The position numbers and the translations under genes were made by a program. Of a DNA stretch of 64,000 nt, positions 59,287 through 64,000 are shown in pieces; position 1 is the stretch's first letter, and every line of letters starts with the position of its first letter. The stretch lies in the sequence record DRR378314_1512; one strand, written 5' to 3'. The notes below the pieces were generated by a model. It had not been told where the DNA came from and ran no database searches. It saw only the letters and a list, made by a program, of their open reading frames with translations.

Positions 59287-60665
59287 GACCAACCTGCCTC
59301 ATATTCCTTCAATGCGACTTCGATAAAGGCGCGACGCTCAGACCCCTGCAAATGGTCGCCGGACTTCAGGATATCTGCGACCTTGAACGAGACTTCTTTT
59401 TGCAAGGCGCCATCATCGCGCCCCTCCTGCAACGGGATTTTCAGCACGGTATCACCCGCATATGTCGGGATAACGCCACTGAAGTTGTCAGTCGGCTGCT
59501 CGGGCGGTGTTCCGTCCTGAAGTGCGCGAATTGCGTTGCGCAGCATCCGGCGCGCCTTGGCCACTCCCCGGTCAGTAAAGGACAGGTTCTCGCGGGCATG
59601 GATGTTGATCGGTCCCTGACTGACCCAGGCATCATAATCGCCCGGATCGCGCTGCCGCATTTCATAGGGGCGATCGGGCCCCTGGCCGTAAAAGTCTGTT
59701 GTGCCAAAGCCAACCTCATCGCGATTGGTCATGCCGCGTGGGTCATCGTTGAACCGCTCTTCCCGAAAGTGACGCCACGCGATGACCATGGTGTTGGTGT
59801 CATCAATCGGAGTAATCCACCGTGTCAGGCCGCCCCGCCCAAAATACCGAGAGCGATCGGGGATCGGAAAATGACCACCATTCTGAGTGAACGAGGGCAG
59901 CATGTGATCATGCACCCGCACCCAGATGAAATCACCATCCCGGCGCACGTTTGTGTAAAAATCGCCGGTCTGACTGTCATGGAACTCAATCATAGGCATA
60001 TGTGCGAATGCTTCGTGGAATTGCACCCGCGCCGCCTTGGTATGCAAATAGACCACGTGAAACGGGTCCCATGCGTTTTCCATCACCTGCAACCAGTTAC
60101 AGGGCGACTTGATGAGGTAAGGCACCAGTTCATCACCTTCGTCGTCGAATGTATCCATGACTGGGAAAGGGGGCGTTTTATCCGCAGGCCCCATATAAGC
60201 AAAAGCCAGCCCCTTATATTCGACGATCGGGTAGGCACCCAGACATGCTTTTTTCTTGACCTGGGAAGCCGGGGGCTCGCATGGCGTTTCCAAAACGGTC
60301 CCATCGAGACCATATTTCCAGCCGTGGTAGGAACAGCGGATCCCGCCCTCTTCCACGATGCCAAATTCCAAGCTCATGTTTCGGTGGCAGCAATGCAGAT
60401 GGGTACATCCCAGATTGCCGTCTTTCTTTTCGCGAAACAGGATCAGATCTTCGCCCAGAATGCGGATGCGATAAGGAAGATCGCCGATCTGGTCAGTCAT
60501 CGCAACGGGCATCCAGAACCGGCGCAGATATTCGCCGCAGGGTGTGCCTGGGCCAACCTCGGTCAGTTCCGGGTCGTAGCTTTCTGACCAGACACCTTGT
60601 TGATCATGACCGCGAAAGTTTCCTGCGGGGATTTCGAATGGGCTGTTCTCAGGTGGCTTAGTCAT
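59283..60665 (-). CDS. Rieske non-heme iron oxygenase, phthalate 4,5-dioxygenase/LigX-like alpha subunit
   Basis: LTEVGPGTPCGEYLRRFW, CCH-X-CSYHGW, ENAWDPFHVVYLH, DYDAWVSQG, ENLSFTDRGV. Confidence 0.9.
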   Translation of the reverse strand: MTKPPENSPFEIPAGNFRGHDQQGVWSESYDPELTEVGPGTPCGEYLRRFWMPVAMTDQIGDLPYRIRILGEDLILFREKKDGNLGCTHLHCCHRNMSLEFGIVEEGGIRCSYHGWKYGLDGTVLETPCEPPASQVKKKACLGAYPIVEYKGLAFAYMGPADKTPPFPVMDTFDDEGDELVPYLIKSPCNWLQVMENAWDPFHVVYLHTKAARVQFHEAFAHMPMIEFHDSQTGDFYTNVRRDGDFIWVRVHDHMLPSFTQNGGHFPIPDRSRYFGRGGLTRWITPIDDTNTMVIAWRHFREERFNDDPRGMTNRDEVGFGTTDFYGQGPDRPYEMRQRDPGDYDAWVSQGPINIHARENLSFTDRGVAKARRMLRNAIRALQDGTPPEQPTDNFSGVIPTYAGDTVLKIPLQEGRDDGALQKEVSFKVADILKSGDHLQGSERRAFIEVALKEYEAGWS

Positions 60666-60794
60666 TTGGGCCTTCCGGTGATGCATGCCATATGTGCCTG
60701 GCTTCGGCTTTCAGATGCGGCTCAGGGCTTCGTGCAATTTTGGGCGAAGCGAACCCGAAAAAGTGTTTTTGCCTGGGCAATCGGGCTGCGCAAT

Positions 60795-60840
60795 ATTTAT
60801 CATATTTAATTATTGATAGTATATGTCACATGTCAAATAG
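60795..60840 (-). promoter_or_regulatory. Candidate sigma70 promoter and operator for the Rieske operon
   Basis: Minus strand TTGACA-N16-AATAAT overlapping a TGACATGTGACA direct repeat in AT-rich DNA. Confidence 0.45.
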
Positions 60841-60937
60841 TTATTTATTGAAGCGCCATCCAGAGACCAGAACCCGTATCCATTTCGTTTCAATCGGTGG
60901 CCTTGTGGTTGCGTGTGCACCACAGAGCCCGGGACAT

Positions 60938-62398
60938 TCAGGGGAACGGATCGGGTACTGGGCTAGAGCCGGTCCAGACAGACTTAACCTGAAGGAAATC
61001 ACTGATCGCGTCGGGCCCCAACTCTCGCCCGTATCCCGATAGTTTGATGCCACCAATCGGACTGCCGGGATCTACGCTGCGGTAGTGATTGATATATACT
61101 GTCCCGGAACATAGTGCGTCAGATACGCGGGCGGCCTTGGCGGTATCTGTGGTCCAAATTCCTGCAGCCAGCCCATAGTCGCTGTCATTGGCCAGCGCGA
61201 TGGCTTCGTCCTCTGACTCGAATGTTGCGACACAAAGTACAGGGCCAAATACTTCTTCGCGCCAAATCTCCATATCCTGAGAAACCTGATCGAATATCGT
61301 CGCGCCGACATAGTACCCGGTAAGTCCTTTCACTGTTTCAGTGCCGTCCAACAAACACCTGGCCCCATCAAGCTTTGCCTGTTCGATCATTGCCGTGACC
61401 TTGCGCAAATGTGGTTCGTTGGCAAGCGGCGCAATCTGTGTGGACGGATCCAAGGGGTCTCCGGGCTTCAGGGGGCGGGCCCGTTCCAGCAACCGCGATA
61501 TCAACTTATCCTTGATGGATGCCTGGACAATCAATCTTGATCCGGCGACGCAGGTCTGCCCATTGGACAGAAAAATTCCCGACAGGACACCATTAACCGC
61601 GACATCCAAATCACAGTCGTCGAATACGACCTGGGGCGACTTACCGCCGAGTTCGAGCGTGGTAGGGACCACATTGTCCGAGGCCGCATTTGCCACTTTG
61701 CGCCCCCCCATATCCGACCCCGTGAAGGTCACCTTGCGCGTCAGAGGATGCCTCACCAGCGCTTCCCCGACCTCATGGCCAAACCCGGTTAAGACGTTTA
61801 GCACGCCGGGCGGAAGGCCCGCCTCATGTGCCAGTCGCGCGAATTCCAGAGTTGAGGCCGAAGCCATCTCTGATGGTTTCACCACAACCGTATTCCCAGC
61901 GGCCAGCGCCGGGGCCAGTTTCCAGGCCAGAATCATCAAAGGTGAATTCCACGGCGTAATCGCGACGACCACACCGTAGGGCATCCAATGCCCAACACTG
62001 GTGACGCCGGGAATGGAATTGTTCTGGGGAACGGGGGCCAGTTTCCGCGCCTCGGCAGCAAAATGACGATACCAGCTGTGTAACCCCGAGAACTGACCGC
62101 GTACTTCAGTGATGCGCTTGCCGTTATCCATAATTTCTGGCTCGACCAGCTCTTCCCAACGCTGTTCCAGCACATCGGCGAGAGCGTCGAGTTTGTCGGC
62201 GCGCCCCTCTGCACTCAGCGCGGCCCATTGGCCCTGTCTGAACGCACGGTCCGCGTCCCGGATTGCGGCATCAGCATCAGCGGCGTTACATCTGGCGATA
62301 AGGCTCCATTCCCGACCCGAAGCCGGGTTGACGCTGGGAATTGTCTCGCCTGTCCATTGTTGAAATTCACCTGAAACAAACGGTGTGTATGCTCGCAT
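60938..62398 (-). CDS. Aldehyde dehydrogenase
   Basis: PWNSP, KPSE, FTGS, LELGGKSP, GQTCVAGSR, EEVFGPV. Confidence 0.93.
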   Translation of the reverse strand: MRAYTPFVSGEFQQWTGETIPSVNPASGREWSLIARCNAADADAAIRDADRAFRQGQWAALSAEGRADKLDALADVLEQRWEELVEPEIMDNGKRITEVRGQFSGLHSWYRHFAAEARKLAPVPQNNSIPGVTSVGHWMPYGVVVAITPWNSPLMILAWKLAPALAAGNTVVVKPSEMASASTLEFARLAHEAGLPPGVLNVLTGFGHEVGEALVRHPLTRKVTFTGSDMGGRKVANAASDNVVPTTLELGGKSPQVVFDDCDLDVAVNGVLSGIFLSNGQTCVAGSRLIVQASIKDKLISRLLERARPLKPGDPLDPSTQIAPLANEPHLRKVTAMIEQAKLDGARCLLDGTETVKGLTGYYVGATIFDQVSQDMEIWREEVFGPVLCVATFESEDEAIALANDSDYGLAAGIWTTDTAKAARVSDALCSGTVYINHYRSVDPGSPIGGIKLSGYGRELGPDAISDFLQVKSVWTGSSPVPDPFP

Positions 62399-63421
62399 TC
62401 AAGACCCTTCCTTAACACTCTGCGCTACAAGAGCCAGCAAATCACCCCGACGCACCAACCCACGATTTCCATGTGCCAACACAAAGCCGTTGTTGGAAAA
62501 GTTCAGCTCCACAGCCGGCCGACCCGGAGTATCCGGGAAACGGAGATGACCAGCGACTTCACCGGCCTGTACGCCTTGCCCGGCTGAGACCTGCCGATCG
62601 AAAATGCCGCCCTCAGGAGCGTATAACGAGTCAAACGGCGACAAGACTTCGACGCAGCGCGCTGGTCTTGAGGCAGGGTAGCGGTTTTCTACAAGCCCAA
62701 GATGCGCCAAGCATCGCATCAAGCCTGTTTCTGTGGCATCCACAATTTCGGGCGTGATATTACCGCCTCCACCCAATTCGGCAGCGATCATCGGCACGCC
62801 AGCACGTTCTGCGGCAGCGTTGACTGAACGATTGTCGTTGTGCTTTCCCAACATCCAGATCAGGGGCAGCCCGAAGATGTTGGCCAGATCAAGGTTCGTC
62901 TGGGCCAAGTCCGGATCTGCGCAGCGCGTGGCAAGAGCGCAAGGGGCAAAGACCGATGCCTTCCCACCGGAATGCAAATCGATCACCGCGTCGCAGCGAG
63001 GAAGCAGCACGGTTTCAACATAATGTGCCAGCATGGCGGTTGGTCCGCCATCAGGATCACCAGGGAAAGCGCGGTTCAGGTTTTGTCCGTCCAGCGGCGA
63101 AACACGTGAAGATTCCGCAACTGCGGGTGCATTCAGGGCGGGGATCAGGATGATCTGCCCGTTAAGTTCGGCCGGGTCCAGGTGTTCAGCTAGGCGCAGT
63201 ATTGCGGCTGGGCCCTCGAACTCATCCCCATGCGTGCCACCAAGCATCAAGACAGTCGGACCAGCACCGCCACGCAAGCTGACGATCGGAACAGGGTGAT
63301 AGCCAAGAGGGACGGAGTTGTCTGACCATTTCAACATTAGATCCCCGACCTGCTTGCCGGGCAAATCCAGATCTATGGTCGCGCTCAGTCTGCTGGGCTG
63401 GTTTGATGGAGTCAGGCTCAT
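62399..63421 (-). CDS. Succinylglutamate desuccinylase/aspartoacylase family Zn deacylase (DoeB-like)
   Basis: GGTHGDEFEG, NLNRAFPG, DLHSGG, ELGGGG; biotinyl-like C-terminus. Confidence 0.88.
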   Translation of the reverse strand: MSLTPSNQPSRLSATIDLDLPGKQVGDLMLKWSDNSVPLGYHPVPIVSLRGGAGPTVLMLGGTHGDEFEGPAAILRLAEHLDPAELNGQIILIPALNAPAVAESSRVSPLDGQNLNRAFPGDPDGGPTAMLAHYVETVLLPRCDAVIDLHSGGKASVFAPCALATRCADPDLAQTNLDLANIFGLPLIWMLGKHNDNRSVNAAAERAGVPMIAAELGGGGNITPEIVDATETGLMRCLAHLGLVENRYPASRPARCVEVLSPFDSLYAPEGGIFDRQVSAGQGVQAGEVAGHLRFPDTPGRPAVELNFSNNGFVLAHGNRGLVRRGDLLALVAQSVKEGS

Positions 63422-63547
63422 GACTTGTCCTTCGCTCGGTGTATTACTTCTATATCATAATAATTATGCAAGTGAATTGGCATACAACAAAAAATATGTG
63501 ATATAATAGATGAGCGCGTAACAATTAAGCCGTATCAGGATAAATTC

Positions 63548-64000
63548 ATGGTCATAGCCAGGGCAAAATCGGGAATAGATAAAATTCGGCCGCACATGGT
63601 GGGCGCACCGATTGAGGACGGATCACCTGCGTCCATCCTTCTGAATTCGAATGAAAGCGTTTACGGGCCCAGCCCAAATGCGCGTGCGGCGGCGCGCGCT
63701 GCCATGAGCGAAATCGAACGCTATCTCGAAAATCCCGACCGGCTTTTGACGCCAGCGATCGGGGCGCATTTTGGTTTGGACGAATCCCGAATTACAACTG
63801 GGCAAGGCTCGGATGATTTGTTGGCACGTCTGGCCAGGGCCTATCTGGGACCTGGTACTGAGTTAATCCGAAGCGCCAACGGATATCTGAAAGTTCCCAA
63901 CTACGTCTATGCGAATGATGCTGATGTGATTTCGGTCCCGGATGAGGGTTTCAAGCCATCGGTTGACCAAATGATTGCGGCCCTTAGCGAACGAACGCGC
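63548..64000 (+). CDS. PLP-dependent aminotransferase, HisC-like (truncated by window end)
   Basis: Not in the ORF track. Hand translation MVIARAKSGIDKIRPH...LLNSNESVYGPSP...RY...GQGSDDLL...AYLGPG is open to the end of the window. Confidence 0.8.
   Translation, partial: MVIARAKSGIDKIRPHMVGAPIEDGSPASILLNSNESVYGPSPNARAAARAAMSEIERYLENPDRLLTPAIGAHFGLDESRITTGQGSDDLLARLARAYLGPGTELIRSANGYLKVPNYVYANDADVISVPDEGFKPSVDQMIAALSERTR

Noticed and set aside
59352-60587. 411-aa plus-strand ORF
   Set aside because: Antisense shadow of the Rieske oxygenase; no recognisable motifs
1-64000. CRISPR arrays, tRNA/rRNA, IS elements, integrases, prophage or defence genes
   Set aside because: No repeat-spacer periodicity, RNA gene signatures, or transposase/integrase/nuclease ORFs seen; intergenic gaps are all short

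Overview
A 64-kb stretch that looks like marine Rhodobacteraceae (Roseobacter-group) DNA; this is inferred from gene content and protein style. It is almost wholly a catabolic and transport region for amines, N-methylated compounds and aromatics. In order: a truncated phnC with tandem Pho boxes; a PotABCD-type ABC transporter; a membrane class III adenylate cyclase; the methylamine genes gmaS and mgsABC; an isolated pta; a homoprotocatechuate (hpa) meta-cleavage operon with an HpaI-DUF2218 fusion and no hpaR. Several uncharacterised modules follow: Asp/Glu-racemase-family (Alma-like) protein/GntR/ThDP enzyme; LysR/enolase-family racemase/DadA/TRAP; LysR/GcvT oxidoreductase/MttB/Ldh_2 reductase/DadA; XRE/AhpD-like/amino-acid ABC/MocDE; M29(NicX)-fold protein/LysR/VanA-like Rieske/PhyH; a divergent soxBDAG with Rid and AEC; Rieske oxygenase/two paralogous unknowns/DUF1116/amidase; and ALDH/deacylase/aminotransferase. 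I saw no rRNA, tRNA, CRISPR array or mobile element. All family calls come from motifs read by eye. No database search was run, and all substrate assignments are hypotheses.
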